Source of the DNA: Chrysomallon squamiferum
Lineage: Eukaryota > Animalia > Mollusca
Direction: 5' to 3'
Length of the DNA stretch: 64,000 nt
Assembly: GCA_012295275.1 (NCBI GenBank)
Contig: CM022672.1
Coordinates: 4,650,001-4,714,000, forward strand
Part shown: positions 42,547 through 57,630 of the stretch, piece by piece
Position numbering within the stretch: position 1 is the stretch's first letter
Layout of the letters: each line of letters opens with the position of its first letter
The notes under the pieces: generated by a model
Seen by the model: the letters and a program-made list of their open reading frames with translations, nothing else
Database searches by the model: none
What the model was told of the DNA's origin: nothing
Position numbers and translations under genes: made by a program

Positions 42547-43601
42547 TGGTCGCATACAGCATTCACCGATTCGTTGGTCGTATACAGCATTCACTGATTC
42601 GTTGGTCGTATACAGCATTCACAGATTCCTTGGTCGTATACAGCAATCACTGATTCCTTGGTCGTATACAGCATTCACTGATTCGTTGGTCGTATACAGC
42701 ATTCACTAGTTTGTTGATCATGTACAGCATTCACCGATTCGTTGGTCGTATACAGCATTCACTGATTCGTTGGTCGTATACAGCAATCACTGATTCCTTG
42801 GTCGTATACAGCAATCACTGATTCCTTGGTCGTATACAGCATTCACTGATTCGTTGGTCGTATACAGCATTCACTAGTTTGTTGGTCGCATACAGCATTA
42901 ACTAGTTTGTTGGTCGCATACAGCATTCACTAGTTTGTTGGTCGCATACAGCATTCACTGGTTTGTTGGTCGTATACAGCATTCACTGGTTTGTTGGTCA
43001 TGTACAGCATTCACTGGTCCGTTGGTCATGTACAGCATTCACTGATTCGTTGGTCGTATACAACATTCACTGATTCGTTGGTCGTATACAGTAATCACTT
43101 ATTCCTTGGTCGTATACAGCAATCACTGATTCGTTGGTCGTATACAGCATTCACTGATTCGTTGGTCGTATACAGCATTCACTGATTCGTTGGTCATATA
43201 CAGCATTCACTAATTCGTTGGTCGTATACAGCATTCACTAGTTTGTTGGTCGCATACAGCATTCACTGATTCGTTGGTCGCATACAGCATTCACTGATTC
43301 GTTAGTCGTATACAGCATTCACTAGTTTGTTGGTCGTATACAGCATTCACTGGTTTGTTGATCATGTACAGCATTCACTGGTTTGTTGATCATGTACAGC
43401 ATTCACTAGTTTGTTGATCATGTACAGCATTCACTGGTTTGTTGATCATGTACAGCATTCACTGGTTTGTTGGTCGCATACAGCATTCACTGGTTTGTTG
43501 GTCGCATATAACATTCACTAGTTTGTTGATCATGTACAGCATTCACTAGTTTGTTGATCATGTACAGCATTCACTGGTTCGTTGATCGTATACAGCATTC
43601 A
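42547..43601. repeat. 28-bp minisatellite, about 38 units (TGGTCGTATACAGCATTCACTGATTCGT), with degenerate flanking units at ~42380-42500 and ~43610-43910
   Basis: TGGTC recurs at 42547, 42575 and onward (period 28); units are head-to-tail with no unique spacers. Confidence 0.97.
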
Positions 43602-44567
43602 GTAGATGTTCATGGTCAGCATACCATAGATCTTTGATTTTATATAACATCCATGTGTCACTGGTCCCTGTTTCCTATTCATTGCGTGTAAGCAGAATTC
43701 ACTGGTTCATTTATAGTTTACAGCATTCATTGCTTCACTTGTGCAGTAGTCGTATTCTCCGGTTCATTGATCGTATTATTTAGTTCACTGGTTCTCTTTA
43801 GTATTTACTGGTTAACTAGCTGTACGCAGCTTTCAGTAGTTCATTTTTGTTGTATGCAGCATTCACTGGTTCCCTGATCATATTTAGCATCATTGGTCGT
43901 ATATAGCTAGTCACTCTTGAATTTTAGTTGTGTTTTTTTTGTTTGTTTGTTTGTTTGTTGTTGTTGTTTTGTTTTGTTTTTTTTTTTTTTTTTTTTTTGT
44001 ATTTCCGGTCCATATTTCTTCTGGGTGTGAAAAAAAACTACGAAAACAATTGCGATCGACTTACTCGATAAATCTGTTACGACTGCGACAGAAATAGACG
44101 AGATCGAAATGAGTTACATCTTTCTGTCCAATGAAAGAAATGTTTTCTCCATCATTCTATTTAAAGATGAACTAAAAAGATGTATTTCAGATGCCAAAAG
44201 GATAATAAATGAATTAAATATCGATGCTTCCAAAGCTTACGGCGGAATTCACGAAAATAGTCTGAAGATGCAAATAAACAAGGTGTGTTATTCACCAGCC
44301 TACAGCTTTAGGTTCTGATGACACTTGCGATAAGGAAATTATAACGATGATATCAAAGATGTTTATCCAAACTGTTTAACACAAATTTAACAAATATATT
44401 CTTTTTTGGAACGTAAGTATGTTTTTGTATTTGTGTTTCAGTTTGAATGCGTAGAAAACATGTAATTGATGAGGATTCAAGCGCTTTTTCCGTTAAAAGT
44501 AACAGGGTTTGCATAGCATATAAATAAATAAAAAGAGAAAAAGAATATAATCATAATTGTATACTCT

Positions 44568-44647
<80 letters not shown>

Positions 44648-44870
44648 AGAAAAAAAATAACATTATATTATATGTATAATATTATTCAGTGTGTTGAATA
44701 TTATTATTATAGAGATTAATAAGCGTTATTAACGAATGTGAAGGTTGTTTGAGTTAATTCGCCTGTTTTCCTGCAGGTGAACAGTTCACGTGTTCTTCGG
44801 TGAAGATTAATTGAGATGTGTCATTTGTGACTGAGTTTTACCTTTGACAGCAGATGTCGTTACGTGCACT

Positions 44871-45240
44871 TTGTATGTTACACTGGAGGTCTAATGAAAA
44901 CTGTGTATGTTACACTGGAGGTCTAATGAAAACTGTGTATATTACACTGGAGGTCTAATGAAAACTGTGTATATTACACTGGAGGTCTAATGAAAACTGT
45001 GATGTTACACTGGAGGTCTAATGAAAACTGTGTATATTACACTGGAGTTCTAATGAAAACTGCGTATATTACACTGGAGGTCTAATGAAAACTGTGTATG
45101 TTACACTGGAGGTCTAATGAAAACTGTGTATATTACACTGGAGTTCTAATGAAAACTGTGTATATTACACTGGAGTTCTAATGAAAATTGTGTATATTAC
45201 ACTGGAGTTCTAATGAAAACTGTGTATATTACACTGGAGG
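44871..45240. repeat. 32-bp minisatellite, about 11.5 units (TTACACTGGAGKTCTAATGAAAACTGTGTATR)
   Basis: CACTGGAG at 44881, 44913 and onward (period 32); units are near-identical. Confidence 0.97.
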
Positions 45241-45833
45241 TATCATTGCAGTGTGCTGACAAAACACGTAACAGCTCACAGTATTTATTACATTCTAACC
45301 ACGAGTCTTAAATGCCTTAATTAGAAAAATCACTATTACCTAAAGAATAAGATCTCATTAAAAAAAAATCAACCAAAAAAAATCAGCTAACACATTTATA
45401 CTATGCATTTAAAACTAATAAAATAGAAACCGTATCGATAATTTGGCTAATTATTTTAGAACTTAATGCTAAAGTGAATAAATAATTGGAAAAATATCAA
45501 ATTTATAAAAACTGTATTTCTGATGCATAAGAAGAAAACTGAGTTAGGTTTCAAAAAAAAAAAAAAATATATATATAAAAAATAATAAAATAAAATAATA
45601 ATAACAATAAAACGAAGAAAATAAACTTAAAGAAATAAAAAGTTTATTTTCTTTTACGACACCGCCATAGAACAATGATATATTTTCTGTCGTGAGTTTT
45701 AAGACAGCAGATATTGGGTAATATTGATGTGAAATCGAACATGGATAAAAAGCGCACAAAACTTGAACTTTTACCTCTACCATCGATGAAACGAAATTAA
45801 AAATAATAAATAAATTGAAGTAAGATGCAAAAC

Positions 45834-45951
<118 letters not shown>

Positions 45952-46632
45952 ATGTTAGTAAGAGAGAATGTAATAAAGTAATAAGAATAATACATTCTCT
46001 TTCTCACTGCTGTCTCTTTGTCTGTGTGTTCGTGCATGTGTATCTCAGACATAGTTTATACTGTTATACGTAGAACTAAAAACGAACATAATGTACGACG
46101 TAAATGAAACGTAATATAAAAATTTAAAATGAACGTAAAGTAATATGCAAAACAAACATAACATAAAATAGCAAAACAAATAACACACACCACAAAAACC
46201 AACCAAAAAACCCTCCGTAAAATAACATTAAAGAAATAACTTTGAAATGATGTTAACTAAGCAGTAGAATTCCCAGAAACGGATCAGTACACGATCGATT
46301 TTGTTCAATAATGGTAAAAAAAAAAAATTAAAATAAAAAAATAAAAAAACGAAAGCTGAAAGCAAGGAACTCGCTATGAACTGACAGCTTAGTTTTATTT
46401 GTCTCGTTAATCAAACATCCAGTGAAGAAAAACGTGATTCTCATCTAATATCTGTCATCAAAACCTGGGGAAGAAACGAGTGCGAGAAAGATTTCACAGT
46501 AAATAGTATTTTTACTTCCTCTCTATTGACGATGCGATTAGTTTGATTGACTTTTATGAATCCGAATCAGTTTTTAGTTCAGATTGAAAATGAAACCGAA
46601 GATATCTAAATTATAGTGAATCACAGGGAAAG

Positions 46633-46741
<109 letters not shown>

Positions 46742-47508
46742 TAGGTCGAACGGAAGAAAATATGATACAAAAATATTACTGTTACTTTAAATAGTATTAG
46801 CAATTACTACTACAACAACTACTGCTGCTGTTACTACTACTACAGCCTCTATAACTCTCTTCTCTTTCTTTCTCTTCCTTTCTCAGTGAGTCCTTGAAAT
46901 ATTTGAAATAAATACAGACATGCAGATTAATGTGATACCAACGTTAACAGTCCAACATGTTACACTAATCCTTCACGAAATCCTGAAGTAGATACACTTG
47001 AAAACAAACCCGTCGTCATACACATTCACGTAATTACGTTCACATACCTTCTGCTAATGAAGCTGAATTCTTGTTCATTATAATTACGTTACGGTACTCT
47101 AACGCGAGAGCCTTGGCTAATCAACACACAACCATAATGAAAACGCTCAAGACGCTTACGGTACCGGATGAATAGTCTGCGACAACACGACACGACTTAA
47201 ACGAGTTTTGTCGGGTTCGAGACCTGCAAAGTGCTCGGTGAAAGCTTTCACAATCTCCTACAAAACATCATTAACCCTTCCCGGTGCAGGTCGTAGCTAA
47301 TAAATGCACACGTCGTTGGTAAACACATTAAACGGCTGCTAAGGTAACAAAGTTAAAAATTAATAATTTCTCACTTTCCGTGGGTAATTCTGTTCACCAT
47401 GCAGAAAGAGAGGCATAATAAAATTTATATATATATAAAAAAAATTATAACGATGACAATGATGACAATGACAAAGACAAATGATGATAATGATATTAAG
47501 AATAACAA

Positions 47509-47540
<32 letters not shown>

Positions 47541-47714
47541 TTTCCTCAAAATAAAAACATTGTAAAATAGATTTGCGTTTAAATTTTCTTTTGCTTTAAT
47601 TTCTTATAATTTTGCAAGCTTCTTAGGAAGGATGGGAAAAAAATTAACGGCCATTTAGTTGTTGTGCGGGTGCGTGTGTGTATGTGTGAGAGAGAGAGAG
47701 AGACAGAGACACCC

Positions 47715-47818
<104 letters not shown>

Positions 47819-48889
47819 TTATCAGTTATCTAGATATTCATCTGCTGCGTACTACAAAATAATGTCAAACAAACTAACTGATATATTTTATTCGCGATCT
47901 CCTCACGCAGGAAAATCAAGAAAATTCTGTTAAGCTATTACATTTCCAACGACCTTTACGAAAATGTATTTATATACTAGAACAGCAGGCTACGGAAACA
48001 AAAACAGCTGTGAAAACAGATTACTACAAATCTCACCCTTGTATCTGTCCATCACCAAACATAATTTTTTAGCCTTTAATAGCACTTGTCACTTTTTTAT
48101 TAGTTTACAGTAGTAAATCTGACACTGAAATATCTTAAAACGCCTGGGGGATCAGGAAATGACCGTTTTTTTAGTACAAAATTTACGACAGAGAGTATCA
48201 TCAAAAACACAGTAATTATAAGATATCGCCAAAGATCCCAGCATTTTCACTTGTTTGTACTGAATTCATATTACTGCATCTTTATCCAGTACTTTTGTTA
48301 TTAACTGTAATCTTATGTGTCTGACAAGACAGGTTATTTTGTTTCAGTTAAGGAGATTATTTGACAGGAATGCATTAAATTATTTCTCAGGTGATTTGTT
48401 ACAGAAATAATATATGTTTTCTAGAAGTTCTTTTGTTGTTGTTGTGGTTTTTAGCCCCAGGAATGACTTAGCTAACTAAAATCAGTCGTACCTAGTTTCA
48501 AAATATTTGAATTTAACGTCTCTAGATTCTGTTAGTAGTATCGTTAGTCATATGTGTTTGACTGTACGCATGTATATACGTATGTGTGTATGTATGTATG
48601 TATTTATGTATGTATGTATGTATGTATGTATGTATGTATATATGTATGTATGTGTATATGTATATATGTATGTATGTATGTGTCTATGTATGTATATATG
48701 TATGTGTCTATGTATGTATGTATGTATGTATGTGTATATGTATATATGTATGCATGTGCGTATGTATGTACGTATGTCATTCTGACAGGTAAACCTTTAA
48801 TGCAGATTTCAAAAGAATTATGGGTTTATTGAATATAATATTTGGATCTCAGTATCAAGTGTTTATTAATTAAACTGTTAATCTTATTA

Positions 48890-49415
48890 CAGAAATTCAC
48901 GTACTGAAACTGTTGAACTCTACCAAACAAACACGGTCTACAAAACATGTCTGTCACTATTTACTGAAAATCACGTACATATTACTGAAAAAAAAAAAAA
49001 AAAACATTTTTTTATTGAAAATCATGCAATGCTTAATAACAAATAAAATAAGATTACACAGAAATGATCTGCTATAGATGTTCACATAATGAAACGCTTG
49101 AATTCTACCAAAGACGCACGCTCTACAAAACATGCAACTATTTACTGAAAATCACGTACCAAAGATTAGAGAAATAAATTAAATAATGAAAATCACGTAT
49201 GACAGATTACAGAAATAAATTAAATAATGAAAATCATTTCGTGATTATTAGGAAAACTAATACCTTAACACCGGAAAGAATGCATCGAAAGAAGTTAACT
49301 AGATACTACAAATCACGTACATATTACTGAAAAAACTTTGTACTGAAACTCACGCAATGGTTGATAACGGAAATAAAACAAGGATACATCGAAATATTCT
49401 GCTATAGAAATTCTC
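48890..49415. repeat. Nested imperfect local duplications built on an AAATCACGTAC / TACTGAAA motif
   Basis: TTGAAYTCTACCAAA..TCTACAAAACATG..CTATTTACTGAAAATCACGTAC at ~48913 and ~49098; AAATCACGTACATATTACTGAAAAAA..TGCTATAGA at ~48968 and ~49310. Confidence 0.75.
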
Positions 49416-49584
49416 AAAAACCGTAAGTGCTAATTTCCAGTATAAAAAATCGTTCACAGAATATACATCAGTTTTAAATTGCAAGAAAATGATGGATTAG
49501 AATGAACCCCCAAAAAAAAAAAAAGTTATAAATCAATTAAAAGGAATTTTGAGATGTAGTGTTGCTTAATTAACAGAACAAAAT

Positions 49585-49621
<37 letters not shown>

Positions 49622-49889
49622 CATTTTTCATTTTTATATATATATTTCTTTTTTCTTTCACTTTTTGAAAATTTTAAAAACTAAGACAGAAAGATTGTTT
49701 GCTGGTTTACTGACCTGTCAGTTATATTTGCTCTGAGATTTAAAATGAATAGTCGAATCGAGATGACAATTAAGAAATTCTTTTTAAAATCCCGAGAACT
49801 GAGTAGAGAAATAAAGATAAGAGAAACGATCAAGAAAGAAAGAAGGACGATCAAGACGGAGAAGACAGACAGATCGATAAATAATAGAC

Positions 49890-49944
<55 letters not shown>

Positions 49945-51161
49945 CAGATAGACAGACAGACAGATACATAGACAAAGAGATAGATATATAGACCTTCATA
50001 CATATTAATTTACAAGGTCTATATTTATACATATATATATAATTGTATATCCTAAGCAACATATATTTAGTTTTCCTATTTTAATAAAATCGTGGACACA
50101 CGCAAAGCAAGCTTCTCTTTGCACTAATTCATTAAAAATACTTTGAACCAAACAACTTACTTCACTCCTCGCTCTGATATTAAACACCGAGTCGTAATAT
50201 TCGTAGACTGTTTCCATTGTTCTGTTCTCATCGTGGGCTAAATGCTTGTTATCTTCAAAAGATGAAGGCGTAACGCAACTAAAAGCTGTAGTGTCTTTCC
50301 CGATCCAAGCAGATGCATTGTTTTGTTAAATTAAGTCACAAAATGCTTGCATATACGTAAATGCGAATTAATATCGATATATAAATATGTAAGATATATC
50401 CAAAGAAAGAGACACATACATGGCAGTATTATTATTAGCAGAAGTGTGAATAATATTAGTAGTTGTAGCTATATACAGACACACACACATATACTCTCTC
50501 TCTCTCTCTCTCTCGCACACATACACACACATATACACACTCTCTCGCTCTGTCTCTATCTCTCGCGCGCACACACACATACACACGCACGCACACACAT
50601 ACGCATACAGACACAGCTATTTATGTACAAAATAAATGTATTCTTTGTTCGCACACTTTCACAGTTCTATTTCCTTATCGCACTCTCCGGTGTGTACATT
50701 TATTTAAACTTTGACTGATGAATATCGAGGCGACGGGAAGCGAACCCTAGCACTGCTGATTTCTGTCTAATCTGGGGCCGCCATCTGTGCTGAGACTGGC
50801 ATTAGTCGTGGATCTTAGATGGCGAAATGATTTTAATCAGCAGCGACAATTCCTTTGGTACTCTGTGTCCACGTTTTATTAGTGCAAGTCTGTTGGTGAA
50901 TGGATGTTCGTAATTTATACGTTCGAGTCGAGATGCGACTGTAGATTTGTGGATGGTATTTTATTAAAGACCAAGGTCTTCGTAGTGAATAATCTACGGT
51001 TCGGTTCAGAGTCCTGGTCGTAACTTTTCTCACTGATAAATGATACACGGAGAGCAAAGCCAGATTCAGACGCGTGCTTTGTGAACGGAAGACGTGAAAG
51101 AGCCTTTCGTGATTTGAAAGAGCAAAGTTTAGTTTTTTACCGAGTATTTTATTTTTGTTTA

Positions 51162-51192
<31 letters not shown>

Positions 51193-52550
51193 GTTGTTGT
51201 TGTTGTTGTTGTTATTACTATTAGTAGTATTATTATTGTTATTATTATTGTTCTTCTTCTTCTTATTATTATTGTTATTGTTATTGTTATTGTTATTATT
51301 ATTAACATATGAAATAAGACTTCTGTAGGTGCACATAGCTTAGACAGTAACACTTTCACTTACGTTTATTATATAACATTCTGTTTTAAAATTCCCGATT
51401 TTTCTTTTCTTCTGTCTCAGTCTCTACTGACATTTTACCTAAACTTACGGAAAAAAAAAATTCTTAAGCGGTTTCTCAAAACGTATCTGTCACACATCAT
51501 TTATTCTAAATTAGAATTTGAAAAAATGACTATTTACTGACTTTTGTAGTAAATTATGGCAACGTAACTTTATTTCCATCTCAGTAGCGATCATGAAGAC
51601 TGTGTTTCCCTTGCAGTGATAAAACAGTGAGTTATCGGGACAATTATCTTTCCCATGAGGTGAATGAAATTATTTAGAATTTATCTTAAAACTGGGTCTC
51701 CCTCGTGTTGTCGTGATACAGAGATTGTAAGAAAAGTTAATATTTATGACGATCCTCAATAAAGTATGGTTATGGGTTACGGTTCTTTGAGATCGGAATG
51801 AGGGGCTAATACAGGATTGGTCACGGCAGTAATTCTACTAAGGGTGAATCCTGCAGTATTTACTGATCCAATCATTGCTTTACTACTGAGTTTATCAAAT
51901 ATTTCCCGTTATGTTTTTGACTGTCTATGAGAAGGTGTGTTTAAAACATCCACTGCTGCTCTTGAGTTTCTTTTCTCATTTTATGTTTGATTCTTCGTAA
52001 AAATGGGGATGAAATACAATTTACTGTACATTTTTACAAAAATGACTGATCGGATTAACGAATCTTTACGGAATACATTTTCTTACTGATGGTTATAAAG
52101 CAATATTTCCCGATGTTTTAATGTATCATCCGTACGGTTATATAAATATACTGATGCTTGCTACATTATGTATTTGTATGATTAGTATATGTTAGTGTAT
52201 GTTTATTTGTAAATACGTGTTGACGTATGTAAAATGTGTGTGTGTGTGTGTGTGTGTGTATATGATGTTAAAACATCAGTCTTATATATATATATATATA
52301 TATATAATTCTCTCTCCCCCTGTCTCTGTATGTTTATATTATGTATTTGTGCTTGTTTGTGTAAAGTGTAAGTTGTTACATATTTAATGCTCGTTGCACT
52401 ATAAAAGCAATAAGACTGATGTTTTAACACCTCTGCCTGTAGCTAAATCATACCTCGCTTTTGTTAATGGACGTCCGTCAATAAATTATTCAAAACTGGG
52501 TTTTCTCACGTGTAGTTGCGGGTTTTTTTTTTTTATAGGATTATATATAG

Positions 52551-52585
<35 letters not shown>

Positions 52586-52857
52586 TGTATGTGTGTGTGT
52601 GTATCTATCTATGTATACTCCTGTTCTATGTTGTTCAAGGCTTTTTGTTTTATTGTATTTTAATAAATTTTGTTTTGTGTTTCTATGTACAAATTGTGTC
52701 AGTGTCTTTTTAAGACGATGTAAAATGGTTATAGCATAATGGTCGTAGTTTTCATCACAGAGAACTGATAACATTAACAACGACAGTGAGTATGTATTTT
52801 TATGATAGATGTAATATGAAATAAATAAATAAAAACTCTAGTTAATGTTTTATTGAA

Positions 52858-52896
<39 letters not shown>

Positions 52897-53397
52897 GTTG
52901 TTGTTATTATTGTTATTGTTATTATTGTTATTATTGTTATTATTGTTATTATTATTGTTGTTATTATTATTATTATTGTTATTATTATTACCATTATCAT
53001 TTTTAATTAACCATTGCTAAGAAAGTTAACAACCCTCTCATTCATCACTGAAAAAATGTCCCTCCCCTCTACTCGGAGTGACACGTCCCTGAAGTCTGGT
53101 TTACAAGTGATGGAGTGAAGACACCGCACTTCTGAATTACAGCCGCCCCCACCCCACCCTTCAGCGTCAGGGGACGTCCCTTAACACAGCTCTGTGAATT
53201 CACTGCTAAGTACACTGTCCACGTGCCCGCTTTGTAACTAGTAGAGGCAACAACGCGGTTAAGTACCGTCCCCGCATTTGGTTTATTTTATTATTTACAG
53301 TAGATCTTTCGTTCCTCGTTTGCTTCATTCTTTATTTCTCGGGTTTGATGTTCTTGAATTATAGCAGAATATTATTATTGTTATTGTTTTATTTATT

Positions 53398-53459
<62 letters not shown>

Positions 53460-53596
53460 TGTTATTGTTGTTGTTGTTGTTGTTGTTATGTTGCTGTTGC
53501 TGTTGTCGTTGTTGTCGCTGCTGTTAATGCTGTTGAAACAGTTATTGTTGCTATGAGTTTTCGCACTCAGAATTAACAATCACATTCCCTTTTATA

Positions 53597-53673
<77 letters not shown>

Positions 53674-54186
53674 ACTACATCTTTATCTCTGTGAACTGTT
53701 TTTCTTCTCTGTTTCTCAATCACTCTCAACTCCTGCGTGTACAGAATACTGTGATCAGAAGCAGTTTCATTGACATTTCTAACGCATTCACTACAGATAT
53801 ATCTTTTGTCTGTCTTTCGAGAGCGGCAGAACGCGCAAACAAATGTTACAAATAATAATATATCACTGATAGATAAATCTGGAAATGTGTGGCTTTCATG
53901 AATAATTCACCACTGGACGATATTTTCCTGATCTCAGTACAAAACAAAGACGGTGCCTTATTATTAATACTGTATTATTTCCCACTGCAGCATTTTTCTT
54001 GCAACTGGTTCAACGGCATGCGACACACAAATACTTACTAGAATCACTCCGATGATAATTAATCATGATGTTAGCTCAAAGTCATTTCATAAAAAAATCG
54101 TTCTTATTTTTTTCGTTCGATCTTAAGTCAGCCTTGTTCATTAACAATACTGAATAATTCAACAAGAAAATGCTTTTTTTATTTAT

Positions 54187-54267
54187 ATGTATATATGTAT
54201 GTATGTGTGTGTGTATGTATGTATGTGTGTGTGTATATATGTATGTGTGTGTGTGTATGTGTGTGTG

Positions 54268-54301
<34 letters not shown>

Positions 54302-54349
54302 TGTATGTATGTATGTATGTATGTATGTATGTATGTATGTATGTATGTA
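54187..54349. repeat. (TG)/(TATG)n compound microsatellite
   Basis: Directly visible. Confidence 0.95.
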
Positions 54350-54629
54350 CATAAATATATGATTGTTGCTGTATTGGAATTCTGTATTCTTCCAGATGTA
54401 ACATATAAAAACATAGAGTATGAAAAAACGGAAGCCACAGTTTTTTTCCCCTCTTTTTGTTATTGTTGTTGTTTTTTTGTTTTTGATTATTGATTTTGTT
54501 TTAATTTTTTTTTTTAATTTTTTGGTTAATTCTTATTATATTAGATGTATAATCAAAATGTTTACCGAGATCTATAAGAAATTAAATGAAATAAAATATA
54601 TCAGTTATTTTATTTCTTTAATTCATGCA

Positions 54630-55000
54630 TTCTTTCAGTTTACATACAAATTTCACATTTAACCAGATTTATAAATATTTCACATCCACTAAAATTTCAA
54701 ATTAAATTAAAATATTTCACATTACATTATATCGCATTTCACATTTAACATAAAACCACGTTCCACAGTAACCCATGTCATTTTTCACATTACAGTTACC
54801 ATACTTTTCACCTGACACTGTAATAACCTCAGCCGCATTTTACATATAATTGACATTTTGCAGTTACCGAGATTTCAAATGTATCAGTTTTCACATTTAC
54901 AAGATTGCGCATTTCTCTAGTAGCTAAATGAACATTTAATTTATCACATTAACCAGATTTCACCATCGTTCACCCAGCGGCCTTCACTCATTTCACGTTT
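54630..55000. repeat. Highly degenerate short tandem repeat (TTTCACATT-AACCAGA-like)
   Basis: TTTCACAT/TTTCAC recurs about a dozen times over ~370 bp. Confidence 0.6.
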
Positions 55001-57599
55001 CAGAAGTGGGTGTGAGCGCAAATTTCAATATTTGCCAGTACTTCTGAAATGAATTTACAGAAGAACTATCAAAGAGAAAAAAAAAAAAAAAAAATCTTAG
55101 CCCAAAACCCGACAACACTGAGTTGAAAACATCCTTTAGTATTGACACATTTTCCGTTTGCTACCAGATCTCGATATTAATCGAACTGCTGTCTAATGGC
55201 GCGTTCTCACCACGCGAGTTATGATAACGATATTTAATATGAAACGTACTGGAGATGTTTTGACTGTATTACCTTTGCACGCACATTAGAAATTCTACCG
55301 TTCTGTGTGCAGTCCTCTTTGCCAGAAGCCCATTTTCATCCTTTATAATTATCAGTATGAAGAAGTAACATGCTGCATTAAAAGTGGAATTCACATGTTC
55401 ATATGATTCACTGTCATATATTATTAGAAAGTTATTTTACGTAAAATGACAAACATTTTTCAGTAAAGTCAAAATTTATTTTTTTAAATAATAATAATAA
55501 AACATTTAAATAAATTTAAAAAAAAGATTTGATATATATTATTCTAGCAAGTGGCTTATTTGTACGTTCATCTCGGAATCCAGTCATTAGCATTAAATAC
55601 ACTAAACTTTCAGTAATTATACGATTGACTATTTCAGTCACGTTATGTCTTAGAGTAACGTCGTGAACTCAAGCCATAAATTTCACAACAGACAGGAGAT
55701 TAATTTGTTTGGTCGCTCTGCTTAAAACGGAAGTGACGCTGTATTGCTGGGCTAATTTTTAAGCTCTAAGAGTCTCAGTTTAAGTAATGCTGAAGAGACA
55801 GTTGTAACTGACGACAAGTGAAACGTTTTGGCGTAACACAAGATCAACGCAAAACTGAGAGTGTTTGGCTTATTTTCAATCAATGTGATATGCTCAGTGA
55901 TTTGTGTGTGTGTGTGTATTTGTGTGTGTGTGTGTATCTAACTTATAATAAAGCTAATGCAAAAGTTATTATTTAGATAATAGCAATAATAATAATAAGA
56001 AGAAGACAAAGAAGAAGAACAAGGACAACAACAACAACAACAATAGTAATAAAGAGGAAAAAAAAAGGAAAAATAAATTAAAATAAATTTATACAGGTGA
56101 ACCAGTCTAATGGAATCGATGCCACAAATTGCATCATGTGAGCGCGGCTTTAAACGAAACTATATATATAACTAATGCGTCCATCAGCGCGCTATTTAAG
56201 AACGGCGACTATGGCAGAAAGCGCTAGCGCTTCTCCGTCAGTTCTTGTCCATTGATTTGATTAACTTGCTTGGTTTTCCGTTAGCCTGACTCCATCTCCA
56301 AGCACTAAGACGATATTCGGTTAAATCTGTGATGATAACCTTTTAAGAGAATTAATGCCTCGACTGGCGCTTGGCGTGTCCTCTGACGATAACTTTTTAA
56401 ACGAGTTAGCAGATTTGTGTTGTCATAGCCATTTAATTCTATAGAACTGTAAGTCGCTGTTCCTTGCTCATATATTTTAGTGTCATTAGCGAGACGCTAC
56501 TTCGCACACAGTTCTTTTTCGTGGTAGTGTTCGTTATACATACCTGGTGACATTTTTAAAATCGTGTCTCTGTCTATGTCCGTCTCCCTACAGTCATTTT
56601 TTTTTTTTTTTATAATTGTCTGTGTATGTAACTTTCATTCTATCTGACTGGCCGCTTTTATATCTATCTATCGATCTATTTATATGTCTTTCTGTCTAAC
56701 CGCTTATCCATTTATTTATATATATGTTTGTCTGTCTCTCTGTCTGTTTGTCTACATAACTTACTATCTATCTGTCCATATACCTGTCTATATCCAGATC
56801 TATGCATCCATTTGTCTACATATCTAAGCTATCTCTCTCTATCTATCTCGCTATCTATCTCTATATATATTTGTCTTTCTATCTGTCTATTTCGCTGTCT
56901 CTCACTGTTTTTGTGTTTCTATCTCTGTGTTTGACTGGGTTTCTGACTGAAGGTCTTTGTGTCTACTGCTATGTCATACGTAAGTTTTAACAAGAAACTT
57001 ACGTATATAATTATACTGAATGTAATCCGGGCATTTAGTTAGGACTTTAACATACACTTTAAAGTCTACACAGTTTATTTAATGTGTTTGTTCTCACCAT
57101 CACAGATAACTTTTTGTTTATTTGCTGTCTGGGTGTGTTCGACACGTGTTTATATTATTCTCGGTATGCGCATCCAGTTTACCTAACAAGTGTTTTGTTT
57201 ACTGCACGTGTTTGCACTTCAAATGGCTGCTACTTAAACGTGCACGGTATTAAAGTAAACACAAGCACCAAGATTTCATCTTTCATTATGTTGTAATTGC
57301 AACGAAACTAGATGAAGTAGCTTCTTACAGTTTTTCATTAAAGAAAGAGAGAGAGAGAGAAAAAAAAAAAGATACTCAAATACTAGGTTAAGTTATCTGG
57401 AATTTAAGAAGGAAAAGTTTTGCTTGAAGAAATTTGTGAAATCTTAAAAATCGAAGTCTTATAAAAATAAGTCGAAGTTAAATATGTCGTTATTACCGAG
57501 TATTTTGTTGAAGACATACACACACACACACAAACGTATGCTCTGACTCACAAACCCACGCACATGCGTACATACCCACACACCTACCCACACACACAG

Positions 57600-57630
<31 letters not shown>

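Noticed and set aside
42547-43601. CRISPR-like appearance of the 28-bp array, and ORFs 42509..42709 and 42991..43185
   Set aside because: Units are directly adjacent with no unique spacers, there are no cas genes, and the context is eukaryotic. The period is not a multiple of 3, and the frames hit stops.
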